A stretch of DNA of 64,000 nucleotides from Fibrobacteria bacterium. Lineage in GTDB: Bacteria; Fibrobacterota; Chitinivibrionia; Chitinivibrionales; FEN-1185. The stretch is from the NCBI GenBank assembly GCA_037447435.1, contig JBBIGR010000010.1, forward strand, positions 1-64,000, given 5' to 3'. A program made the position numbers and the translations under genes. The notes beneath the pieces are model-generated. The model was not told where the DNA came from. It saw only the letters and a program-made list of their open reading frames with translations, and searched no databases. Shown here piece by piece: positions 1-9,168 of this stretch (positions are counted from its first letter, which is position 1; each line of letters opens with the position of its first letter).

Positions 1-27
1 GTTATCAAACGTGTTTTAAAAATTAAT

Positions 28-56
28 TTGCAAAGAAAAATACTGATATTTATATT
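28..56 (+). promoter_or_regulatory. Putative sigma70 promoter of the integrase
   Basis: TTGCAA (28-33), 17-nt spacer, TATATT (51-56), about 40 nt upstream of the ATG at 95. Confidence 0.5.
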
Positions 57-94
57 TGAAAAAATATCCAATATGTCGTTTAAGGTGAGCTTTT

Positions 95-1390
95 ATGATT
101 GCTGACAATATAAATGCTTTCTGGTCAGAGTATAATGATACCTTAAATAAATTAGGTATTCCAGTCGAAAAAGGCAAGTTCTATGTGGTATGGGGAAAGC
201 GGTTTCAAAGGTTTTTAAACGGCGTACCATTGGAGCAAGCTTCATCGCAAATGGTTAACGCTTATTTGTCGGAGCTTGAAAAAGAAAATGATATTAAGAA
301 TTGGCAAGTCGATCAGGCGCGCCATAGTCTTATCATATTATATAAGAACGTCTTAAAGATCAATCTATACCAATCCGGATTCCGACAAAAGGTTAAATTT
401 AAAGATTCCGTTGATAATCCAAACGAGCTTAAAAAATTCCATGGCAAGCTTATAGATCTGGTCATTTCTGAAATTCGAGTCCGACATTTTTCTATACGTA
501 CCGAAGAAGCATACGTTGGTTGGATTGAAAGGTTTTTATCATTTAACGGTTTCAAAGATCCAATATCCCTTGATTCATCATATATAGCCAAATATCTCGA
601 TTTTCTCGCAACAAACCGAAATGTTTCTTCATCAACGCAAAATCAAGCTCTTAATGCTATTGTCTTTCTTTATACTCAGGTACTTAAAAAGGACCCCGGT
701 GATTTTAGCGGCTTCGCGCGTGCAAAAAAGCCGGTTATCGTTCCAACCGTTTTGACGAAATCCGAGATAAATAACTTGATTGATAATCTGGACGATGTGT
801 ATAAGCTAATGGCCGGAATTATGTGGGGGAGCGGATTGCGGGTCATGGAATGTGTTCGGCTGCGTATCAAAGACATTGATTTTGAAGCAGGCCAAATTAT
901 TGTTCGGGACGGAAAGGGTGCTAAGGACCGGGTAACAATGCTTCCGCAAAGTTATGTTGAACCAATGATGAACCAATTGAAATCTACACGATTAATTTTC
1001 GATGATGACAAAAGACATGATGCCGCAGGCGTATATTTGTGGCCTGCATTTGAAAGAAAGAACCCTAGTGCCGGCAAGGAATGGATTTGGCAATATGTTT
1101 TTCCTTCACAAAGGCTATCCGTCGATCCTCATACAAGGCAGATTAGACGTCATCATCTTGATCCAAACGTGCTGCAACGACGAATCAAAGAAGCGGCGTT
1201 TAATGCCGGTATTACCAAGCGCGTAAGCTGTCATACGCTGCGCCATTCGTTTGCAACCCAAATGCTGCTCAACGGTGCAGACATACGGACCGTGCAGGAA
1301 CTGTTGGGACATTCGGATGTGTCTACGACGATGATCTATACGCATGTTCTAAACAGGCCCGGAGTTGTAGCGAAAAGCCCTGCCGATTAG
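95..1390 (+). CDS. intI: Integron integrase (tyrosine recombinase), long form with an extra N-terminal SAM-like domain
   Basis: Catalytic motifs [25 protein letters not shown]. IntI-specific insertion [30 protein letters not shown] segment [15 protein letters not shown]...STQNQALNA. Confidence 0.95.
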   Translation: MIADNINAFWSEYNDTLNKLGIPVEKGKFYVVWGKRFQRFLNGVPLEQASSQMVNAYLSELEKENDIKNWQVDQARHSLIILYKNVLKINLYQSGFRQKVKFKDSVDNPNELKKFHGKLIDLVISEIRVRHFSIRTEEAYVGWIERFLSFNGFKDPISLDSSYIAKYLDFLATNRNVSSSTQNQALNAIVFLYTQVLKKDPGDFSGFARAKKPVIVPTVLTKSEINNLIDNLDDVYKLMAGIMWGSGLRVMECVRLRIKDIDFEAGQIIVRDGKGAKDRVTMLPQSYVEPMMNQLKSTRLIFDDDKRHDAAGVYLWPAFERKNPSAGKEWIWQYVFPSQRLSVDPHTRQIRRHHLDPNVLQRRIKEAAFNAGITKRVSCHTLRHSFATQMLLNGADIRTVQELLGHSDVSTTMIYTHVLNRPGVVAKSPAD

Positions 1391-1698
1391 CGGCTTTGCT
1401 TTTGTGTTCGCTTCGCAATGAAATCCGCTGTTCGCCGTCACTTTTGCCCGAGTTAAAATGTCGCCTTCGCCAATCGCTTCAAAATTCTCACGGATCCCAT
1501 CGATCATTGGTTCGCTTCCCGATGTAATACTCAGTAAATTTTTCATTGCTTGTTTATTTATCTTAGTTAACTCGAAACCCCATTCGGCGCTTGGAATGAT
1601 GACTCCGAAAGACTATTTTAACTTTAACCCGGTGGCTTAACCGGTTCGGATTTAAAACGACAAAAGCAATTTCATATGCATATAATCGGGAGCTCACC

Positions 1699-4644
1699 GT
1701 GGACAAAGAGAACGTCGGCAAATATAAAGACTCTTCCGTCAAATTGAACGATCAATCAACAACAGATACATCGTCCCCCGGCATTAATTCCTTTCCCGTG
1801 GTTGGAATAGGAGCATCAGCCGGGGGCCTCGAGGCATTGCAGTCATTTTTCCATGCCATGCCCTCTCAAAGCGGTATAGCCTTTGTGGTCGTAACCCACC
1901 AACTGCCCGGACATGAAAGTCTTCTTCCCGAGTTATTGGCAAGAGAGACAAATATGCCGTTTCTGCAAATCGAAGACGGGACAACGGTTAAACCTGATCA
2001 CGTCTACGTATTAGGGTCGGGGAGTAACCTTATAATACGCGCCGGTATTCTTCAGTTAGTGGAAGTTGAAAAAACCAGATCGCTCAATCTACCGATCGAC
2101 ATATTTTTCCGCTCGCTGGCCATGGATTTGCACGAACGTGCGATAGGCGTTATCCTTTCCGGAACGGGTTCCGACGGTACATTGGGGATAAAGGAAATCA
2201 AGGCACAGGGCGGCATAGTCATAGCGCAAGAGCCATCGTCGGCGAAATATCAAAGCATGCCGGAGAATGCGCGCAATACGGACATGGTTGACTTTGTCGT
2301 CCCACCCGAAAAGATGCCCGAGCGTCTTATCAATTTTGTAAACGGAACCTATTTGAGCGGTACAACTTCCGGACAGAATACGACATCCGACTTTCTTGAG
2401 GAGGATTTTACCGAGATTCTCAAGCTTTTGCGCAAAAGGGTCGGCCACGATTTTTCTTCCTATAAGCAAAGTACTATCCGGCGAAGAATTGAACGTCGCA
2501 TGGGAATAAACGACCTGAAGCACCCGAAGGAGTATCTTCAATACCTTCACGAGAACCGTCAAGAAGCGCAAATGCTTTTTTCGGAGTTGCTCATCAGCGT
2601 TACCAGGTTCTTTCGCGACCCCGAAGCGTTTGCCGTTCTGCACGATAAAGTGTTGCCCGATCTGATCAAATCCCGGCTCGACAATCATGATCTGCGGGTC
2701 TGGATACCCGGCTGCGCTACCGGCGAAGAAGCATTCAGTATCGCTATTATCCTCAATGAATGCATCTCTGCGATGAACAAAATGGTTACGGTGAAAATAT
2801 TCGGGACGGATCTTGACGATCAGGCGATTCTGCGGGCGCGCCACGGCGCCTATCCATCCAGTATTGCCATCGACATCGCGCCAGAACGCCTGGATCGATT
2901 TTTCGTTCGAGAGGGCGAGGATTCCTTTATTGTACGTAAAGATATTCGCGACACGTTGGTTTTTGCGCCGCAGAATGTGCTCAGCGATCCGCCGTTCACT
3001 AAAATCGACCTTTTGATATGCCGAAATGTTTTAATCTACCTGCAATCCGACCTGCAACAGCAATTGCTTCCGGTTTTTCATTTTGCATTGAATCCGGGCG
3101 GGATCTTATTTCTAGGTTCATCGGAAAGCGTGGGGCCGACAAACGAACTTTTTGAAATTGTCGATGCTAAGTGGAAAATTTATCGACGCAGAGAAGTTCC
3201 CACCGAACTGCCGCATTTGCCTGCCAAGCCGAGCATAATCGATCGGGCAATTCCTCCGATTTTGGAAACTAAAAATTTGCTCAAACAGCCCCAAACCAAC
3301 CACCTCATCGAACGGTTCCTCATAAAGCGTTTTGCGCCGGTAAGCATCGTGATCGACCGGCAAGGTTTTATTATTTACATTCATGGCCGCAGCGGTATCT
3401 ACCTGGAGCCCGAGCAGCAGCAGCCGCGAAATGACATTATGGAAATGGCCCGGGAGGGGCTTCGCCTTCCTTTATCGTCCGCCATACACCAGGCAGTGGC
3501 GCAAGATCAGGAAGTTTTCCGAAAGGATCTCAATGTAAAGACTAATGGGGAATACACATCGGTCAATATTTGCGTAAGCCCGATCAAGGAACCCGAACCA
3601 TTGCGCGGTCTACTTTTAGTTTCGATTTCGCCTGCAAAGGATGATCTTGCAACCACTATCGATTCCAATCAAAAGGAACCTGGAGAGAATTCCCCGCCCC
3701 CCGAGCACATCGAGGAACTCGATAGGGAGCTGCAGTATCTCAAGGAATCCCACCAATCGACTATCGAAGAACTGCAATCGACCAACGAAGAGTTGCAAAG
3801 CTCGAATGAAGAACTCCAGTCGACCAATGAAGAATTGCAGAGCTCCAAAGAGGAAATGGAATCACTCAATGAGGAACTGACTACGGTCAACAACGAGCTG
3901 GGCGCAAAAGTACAGGCATTGGGACTCGCTCGTGACGACATGAAGAACCTCTTGAATAGTATCGATATCGCGGTGATTTTTCTGGACCAACAAATGAGGG
4001 TGAAGCGTTACACCGAAAAGACCAGAGGCCTGATCAGTCTCAGAGAGTCCGACGTCGGCCGTCCGATCGGCGAGCTTTCGATTCGAGTATCCTACAATAA
4101 TTTCATCGATGATTGTCGGGAAGTACTTGACACTCTGATACGTAAGGAAAAGGAACTGTTAACGCAGGACGGCACGTGCTTTCTAATGCGGATTTTACCT
4201 TATCGCACTGCTGAAGATGTAATAGGCGGTGTAGTTATCACCTTTACGGACATTACGCGGATCAAAGAAGCGGAACATTTCGTACAGGCAATGCAGGATT
4301 TTGAGAGCGTGGTCCAGACGATGCGCGAACCCCTGTTGGTTTTGGACGGCAAAATGGAGATATATATGGCCAATGATTCCTTCTATGGAACATTCCAAAC
4401 GACACCCAAGGAAACAATTGGGAAATTGATTTTCGACCTTGGAAACCGGCAATGGAACATTCCCGCCCTTCGTAAGTTATTGGGGGAAATTCTGCCAAGC
4501 GACGCTACCATAACCGATTTTCAGGTTGCGCACGACTTCCCTTCGATCGGAGTTAAAAAGTTCATATTGAATGCCAGACGCCTCAAGCGTGCAAAGGATC
4601 AGCCGGGATTGATATTGCTGGCCTTTGAAGTGAGGCAAGCGTAA
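1699..4644 (+). CDS. CheB methylesterase/CheR methyltransferase fusion with coiled coil and PAS domains
   Basis: GIGASAGG and SGTGSDG (CheB); VTRFFRD, GCATGEE, CRNVLIY (CheR); EELQS(T/S)N heptads; C-terminal PAS. GTG start. Confidence 0.93.
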   Translation: MDKENVGKYKDSSVKLNDQSTTDTSSPGINSFPVVGIGASAGGLEALQSFFHAMPSQSGIAFVVVTHQLPGHESLLPELLARETNMPFLQIEDGTTVKPDHVYVLGSGSNLIIRAGILQLVEVEKTRSLNLPIDIFFRSLAMDLHERAIGVILSGTGSDGTLGIKEIKAQGGIVIAQEPSSAKYQSMPENARNTDMVDFVVPPEKMPERLINFVNGTYLSGTTSGQNTTSDFLEEDFTEILKLLRKRVGHDFSSYKQSTIRRRIERRMGINDLKHPKEYLQYLHENRQEAQMLFSELLISVTRFFRDPEAFAVLHDKVLPDLIKSRLDNHDLRVWIPGCATGEEAFSIAIILNECISAMNKMVTVKIFGTDLDDQAILRARHGAYPSSIAIDIAPERLDRFFVREGEDSFIVRKDIRDTLVFAPQNVLSDPPFTKIDLLICRNVLIYLQSDLQQQLLPVFHFALNPGGILFLGSSESVGPTNELFEIVDAKWKIYRRREVPTELPHLPAKPSIIDRAIPPILETKNLLKQPQTNHLIERFLIKRFAPVSIVIDRQGFIIYIHGRSGIYLEPEQQQPRNDIMEMAREGLRLPLSSAIHQAVAQDQEVFRKDLNVKTNGEYTSVNICVSPIKEPEPLRGLLLVSISPAKDDLATTIDSNQKEPGENSPPPEHIEELDRELQYLKESHQSTIEELQSTNEELQSSNEELQSTNEELQSSKEEMESLNEELTTVNNELGAKVQALGLARDDMKNLLNSIDIAVIFLDQQMRVKRYTEKTRGLISLRESDVGRPIGELSIRVSYNNFIDDCREVLDTLIRKEKELLTQDGTCFLMRILPYRTAEDVIGGVVITFTDITRIKEAEHFVQAMQDFESVVQTMREPLLVLDGKMEIYMANDSFYGTFQTTPKETIGKLIFDLGNRQWNIPALRKLLGEILPSDATITDFQVAHDFPSIGVKKFILNARRLKRAKDQPGLILLAFEVRQA

Positions 4645-4688
4645 AAGATCCGATGAAAGTTGATAATATATAACGAGAGAAGGCTTGA

Positions 4689-6011
4689 ATGGAGAAGACG
4701 GAAAATCCCGATAATCTGGCTCCGCTTCCGCAGGACCTTCGTCGCCGCGCGCATGAACGCTTGGGTGCAACGCGGACCGAAGTTAAACAAATGACCGCGG
4801 AGGAAGTACAAGAGTTAGTTTACGATTTGCAGCAGCATCAAGCGGAGCTGGAGATTATCAATGAGGACCTTTTAGAATCCCAAAGGCAATTTACGCAAGC
4901 GCGCGATGACTATGCAGAGCTTTATGAAAATGCCCCGGTGGCCTATCTGACATTGGACGAGAATTTCCGTATCGAAAAAGTAAATCGTGCAGCAGTATCC
5001 GTTTTCGGATGCGTACGCACGGATCTGCTTGGAAAGATTCTACCGGTTTTTGCAATAGGGATGGACCGTGATTCCTGCCACATTTATCTTCGAAACGTCA
5101 AACCGGGCGGGACGAATTCAACGGTGATCCGTTTCAAACACGGGGATGATTTCTTTTGGGGGCAATTGCAAACGATCAGCGTTTATACAGGGGAAAACAG
5201 GTGCTCCGGATTTCGCGTGGCGATCACCGATATTACTGAACAGAAAAGGGCCGAAGATGAGGTGCGACAATATGTAGATGAGCTTGCTTCCGCTAACAAA
5301 GAACTCGAATCCTTCTCCTACTCTATTTCACACGATTTAAGAACCCCGCTCCGTGCAATAAAGGGCTTTAGCAGTATTTTAGCGAAGGACTACTCGGAAC
5401 AATTTGATGCCGAAGGCAGGGAATTTCTGCAAAGAATAAACGCAGGCGCAGACAGAATGAGCGAACTTATTGACGATATGTTGAGTTTGGCAAAAATATC
5501 GCACCAGGAAATGAACCTGCAGGAAATCGACATAAGCGGCTTGGCCGGCGCCGTTGTAAACGAGCTTCGCTTGACGGACCATACGAGAAAAGTCGATGTT
5601 ATCATTACACAAAACCTCAAAGCAACCGGTGATTTGCGCTTGCTGCGTATTGCTCTCTCCAACCTTATCGGCAATGCCTGGAAATATTCAAGCCGATCTG
5701 ATTGCGCTAAAATAGAGCTCGGGGTAATGGAGCAAGACGGCGAAACCGTGTGTTACGTGCGCGACAACGGCTCAGGTTTTGACATGTCCCAGGTGCACAG
5801 GCTTTTTGCGCCCTTTCAGCGCCTGCATTCCGAAAGCCAGTTTCCCGGAACGGGAATCGGACTTGCAATTGTCAATAGAATAATACGACGCCACGGTGGG
5901 CGTATTTGGGCCGAGGGGGAAAACGGCAAGGGCGCGACGTTTTATTTTACACTGTCTCCATACAAATGTGCCGCAGGTGTTCCGTTAAATACGATTGCCG
6001 TGAAGGGATAA
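4689..6011 (+). CDS. PAS sensor histidine kinase
   Basis: H-box FSYSISHDLRTPL, N-box NLIGNAWKY, DNGSGF, GTGIGL; PAS region upstream. Confidence 0.93.
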   Translation: MEKTENPDNLAPLPQDLRRRAHERLGATRTEVKQMTAEEVQELVYDLQQHQAELEIINEDLLESQRQFTQARDDYAELYENAPVAYLTLDENFRIEKVNRAAVSVFGCVRTDLLGKILPVFAIGMDRDSCHIYLRNVKPGGTNSTVIRFKHGDDFFWGQLQTISVYTGENRCSGFRVAITDITEQKRAEDEVRQYVDELASANKELESFSYSISHDLRTPLRAIKGFSSILAKDYSEQFDAEGREFLQRINAGADRMSELIDDMLSLAKISHQEMNLQEIDISGLAGAVVNELRLTDHTRKVDVIITQNLKATGDLRLLRIALSNLIGNAWKYSSRSDCAKIELGVMEQDGETVCYVRDNGSGFDMSQVHRLFAPFQRLHSESQFPGTGIGLAIVNRIIRRHGGRIWAEGENGKGATFYFTLSPYKCAAGVPLNTIAVKG

Positions 6012-6135
6012 TTATTAAATCCTACCCAAGAAGTCCTGCAAACCTCATGTTCTATGAGTAAAGCGATTGACAAAGAATCGGCAGGGGCGATCGGACCAGT
6101 CATCGCCTTATAATATTGATTTATGCGGGAGTATA

Positions 6136-6864
6136 TTAAAAATCAACTATCTTTCTCAACTGTTGCGCTTTTCTTCTGGATACGTCGATATGCGTGCCGT
6201 TGTTCAATTCTACGGCATACATGCCCTGAAATTCTTTGTGAATAACGGAAATGTGGTTCAAATTGATAATATCGGTTCTGCTTGTCCTGAAAAAGTGCGC
6301 GGCACCGAGCTTTTCCTCGTAAAAGTTCAGATACCTATCCGAAATCAATTTTTCCTGCAACGTATGGATATAACAGAAACCGTCTTCCATGGAAATCCTG
6401 ATGATGTCTTTAACCGGAATCAACCTGGTTTTCCCGCCAATGCTAATTGACACGTGATCTGCCGGTTTTGCCGATATCTCTTCAGGTGCCTGCTTGCCTT
6501 TGTTCAATGCGGCTTGTTTGTCAATAATTTTAGCGACCGCTTTTTCAAGGCGTTCGAACCGTATCGGCTTCAGCAGATAATCCAAGGCGTTTATTTCAAA
6601 TGCGTCGGCAGCGTGTTCGGAATAGGCGGTTTGAAAAACGACAAGCGGCGGATTTTGCAGGGACGGTATGGATTGGAAAACCGACATTCCCGGCATATTG
6701 ATATCGAGAAATGCAACTGCCGGTTTATGAGTGATTATTAATTGTAAGGCCTCGTTGCCGTCATGGGCTTCACCGATGATCTCGAACGTATTGAATCGGG
6801 ACAAAAGCTCGCGCAACCGTTCGCGGCTCGGAGTTTCGTCGTCCGCAATAATGGCGGTAATCAC
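6136..6864 (-). CDS. LytTR-family response regulator
   Basis: Receiver motifs IADDE, FLDINMPG, DYLLKP; LytTR tail FFRTSRT...VSRRK. Confidence 0.93.
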   Translation of the reverse strand: MITAIIADDETPSRERLRELLSRFNTFEIIGEAHDGNEALQLIITHKPAVAFLDINMPGMSVFQSIPSLQNPPLVVFQTAYSEHAADAFEINALDYLLKPIRFERLEKAVAKIIDKQAALNKGKQAPEEISAKPADHVSISIGGKTRLIPVKDIIRISMEDGFCYIHTLQEKLISDRYLNFYEEKLGAAHFFRTSRTDIINLNHISVIHKEFQGMYAVELNNGTHIDVSRRKAQQLRKIVDF

Positions 6865-6874
6865 TTGTCGATCC

Positions 6875-7900
6875 TCATTGTTGCTCCAACGAGGCGGCGT
6901 TTTTAAAAGATATTTCTATGCCGCCGTTTTGTATCACGAACGTTCCGTTGCTGTTTTCAACCCGTTTTTTCGTAATGGTCAATCCCTGCCCGAGGTTCAG
7001 CATAGACGGCAGTACGCCCTTATTGGAATCGATTATCGATATGCAATTGCGGTCGTCGTCCGTAAAAACCCGGATTTCGATGGTCAATGGGGGACCGTTT
7101 TGAATATTATGTTTTATGCAATTTTCGACCAGCGGCTGAACGATCAGGGGCGGAATGGGGAATTGTGCGTCGAGTTTGATGTCGTACACAAGCCTCTCCG
7201 CAAAGCGCAATTTCTGTATTTCCAGGTATTTTTCCGCATTCTCTATTTCCTGCGCAACCGGAATACTGAGCTTGTTGGAATGTTCCAGATTTTCCCGAAG
7301 CAGGTCCGAAAGGTTCAAAATGGCGGTTTCCGCTTTTTCAGGCTGCTTTAATAAATTGAGTATCATATTGAGCGTATTAAATAGAAAATGCGGGTTTATC
7401 CGGGACGAAAGCAATTTCATTTCCATCTGGTTTTTAAGGAACCGCTCGGTGCCGATCGCCTTTTCCTTCTCAACCATTATTTCCCGGTACATGATCGAAC
7501 CCGAACCAATGATATACAACGCGACAATGAACAAAAAATTAACAAACAAGAACGCCTCGGCCCCGCGATCGTAATATATAAACACCGTCGGTTCCGAAAA
7601 AAACACGATGAAAAAGCTTATTATGCAACTGCCTAGTAACAGGGAAAACGAAATAAGCGCAATGTAAACGGGTTTCATCTGTAACGCAAAACGCTGGGCT
7701 ATGGTGCAGCTGCCTACCAGAGCAAGCCCGAGCATAAACGAGTTTTCCAGCGCCATTCGCAAAAATCCCCAGGTAAAATCTTTCAGTATAAAGCAAATCA
7801 CGAGGCTTAAAAGGAGTCCGGTAATTTGGGTTATAAGAAAAATCGACGCGAAGAATACTATATGTATAGTATTTCTTTTTTGTAGAAGGGGTACGGCCAT
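6875..7900 (-). CDS. LytS-family membrane histidine kinase
   Basis: N-terminal TM helices; INPHFLFNTLN, QKLRF, QPLVENCIKH. Confidence 0.92.
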   Translation of the reverse strand: MAVPLLQKRNTIHIVFFASIFLITQITGLLLSLVICFILKDFTWGFLRMALENSFMLGLALVGSCTIAQRFALQMKPVYIALISFSLLLGSCIISFFIVFFSEPTVFIYYDRGAEAFLFVNFLFIVALYIIGSGSIMYREIMVEKEKAIGTERFLKNQMEMKLLSSRINPHFLFNTLNMILNLLKQPEKAETAILNLSDLLRENLEHSNKLSIPVAQEIENAEKYLEIQKLRFAERLVYDIKLDAQFPIPPLIVQPLVENCIKHNIQNGPPLTIEIRVFTDDDRNCISIIDSNKGVLPSMLNLGQGLTITKKRVENSNGTFVIQNGGIEISFKNAASLEQQ

Positions 7901-8051
7901 GGAATTAAAATAAATTCGGATATTGCCGCTTGCGATGTATTTTTATGTTCGCCAGTCCGTATCCGGCCGGGGCCGTATTGCATATCGGTCGTAAAAAACG
8001 GTAACGGACCAAAGCGAGTCCGATCTCGGTTGATTGTCTAAGGAGAATGCG

Positions 8052-8360
8052 ATGCATTTTTACAATTACGTCGAATGCCTTTTTGCCGGAGCTTTTTTGA
8101 CCAATGCGATTCCGCATTTCGTACAGGGAATATCGGGAAACAAATTTCCCACGCCTTTTGCAAAGCCGCACGGAAAGGGATTGTCGCCGCCGATTCTGAA
8201 TGTGTGGTGGGGTTTGTTTAACATGGTTGCAGGCCTCCTACTGGTTACTGCAAGTCATATATCAAAAAGCAATGTATGGACTGTGGTCGCTTTCTTTACC
8301 GGAATGGCCGGCATGAGCACGAGACTAAGCCTCGTCTTTGCCAAAAAAGATAAAGAATAA
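8052..8360 (+). CDS. Small conserved-type membrane protein
   Basis: AGGAG RBS at 8041 then ATG at 8052; about three hydrophobic segments; NAIPHFVQG..FPTPFA motif. Confidence 0.75.
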   Translation: MHFYNYVECLFAGAFLTNAIPHFVQGISGNKFPTPFAKPHGKGLSPPILNVWWGLFNMVAGLLLVTASHISKSNVWTVVAFFTGMAGMSTRLSLVFAKKDKE

Positions 8361-8425
8361 GAAGTCGGAGACAATGTGTCGTTACAAAGGGGCGTGAATG
8401 AGGCCTGCCGCAGGCGCTCGTAGAT

Positions 8426-9127
8426 TCATATTGCTTCCCCTCCATGAATTGGAGAAGGGGTCAGGGGTTGAGGAGGGCCAAAGGTCCTTTTCGAATTCGC
8501 TTCATGTAAATCCTCAATCGATCCGATAATCTTCCACGCGTTTTGCTTCGAAAACTCGTTGGGTAGCACCAAATCGGGAATCATCACGACCTTTAAACCG
8601 GCCGATACCCCAGCCAGTACGCCTTGATTGGAATCTTCAAAAACGAGTATGTCCGCTTTGTCCGTATCGAGCTTTTGTGCGGTAATTTCGTATACCTGCG
8701 GATCGGGTTTCCCTTTTGTAATATCGTCGGCAGTGGTAATGACGTCAAATACCGCGGCAGGGTCGAGCGCGCCGAACGTTTTTTGGACCGTGTCGCGTGT
8801 CGACGACGTTGCTATGGCTGTTTTAATCCCTCGTTCTTTTGCGTTTAAGAAAAACGCGGGAAAGCCTTTTTTATACGGCGTTCCGCTTGCGATTGCGGCG
8901 TCGTAAACGCGCCTGAACGCGACAAAGAACCGGTCAACGTCAAGCGAGCTTCCGAAATCGCGGACAAGGGCGATCTTGAATTCGCGGTCGGGAATACCGA
9001 TGAACGAGTCGTAGTATCCGCCGGGTAATTCGAGGTTCCATTTCCCGGCAACGGAATTGAAAATGTCTTTGTACACTTTCTCAGTATCAAAAAGCAATCC
9101 GTCCATATCGAAAATATACGCGCGCAT
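8426..9127 (-). CDS. HAD-superfamily phosphatase (beta-PGM/CbbY-like)
   Basis: FDMDGLL, ATSS, KPDP, FEDS motifs; the C-terminal tail is encoded by a palindromic repeat. Confidence 0.92.
   Translation of the reverse strand: MRAYIFDMDGLLFDTEKVYKDIFNSVAGKWNLELPGGYYDSFIGIPDREFKIALVRDFGSSLDVDRFFVAFRRVYDAAIASGTPYKKGFPAFFLNAKERGIKTAIATSSTRDTVQKTFGALDPAAVFDVITTADDITKGKPDPQVYEITAQKLDTDKADILVFEDSNQGVLAGVSAGLKVVMIPDLVLPNEFSKQNAWKIIGSIEDLHEANSKRTFGPPQPLTPSPIHGGEAI
8435..8477. repeat. REP-like palindromic element, copy 1
   Basis: ttcccctccatgaattggagaaggggtcaggggttgagg; encodes PQPLTPSPIHGGE on the minus strand. Confidence 0.8.
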
Positions 9128-9168
9128 GGCAGTCCTTTTACGAAGTTAAAAAGCCTTCTTATAAAATA

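Noticed and set aside
43..58. LexA box in the intI promoter
   Set aside because: CTG-N10 ends in TTG rather than CAG, and it does not match the TGCNC-N4-GTGCA box reported for Fibrobacter.
1349..1546. 65-aa minus-strand ORF
   Set aside because: It overlaps the intI 3' end, has no clear RBS and shows no recognisable motif.
1590..1612. TGATGACTCC, resembling the 3' part of a fluoride riboswitch
   Set aside because: The required 5' GGxGATGG...TCxCC segment is absent.
1391..1698. attC sites or gene cassettes downstream of intI
   Set aside because: GCTTAAC (about 1635) and GTTAAAA (about 1452) have no complementary partner boxes at attC spacing, and the downstream genes are ordinary signalling genes.
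3765..3860. 21-bp periodic repeats as a CRISPR array or VNTR
   Set aside because: They encode EELQSxN heptads of the CheBR coiled coil and have no spacers.
7901..8051. LytTR direct-repeat sites with 22-bp spacing
   Set aside because: Only weak CGG(T/C)CG-type matches (7964/7986, 8005/8027), too degenerate to call.
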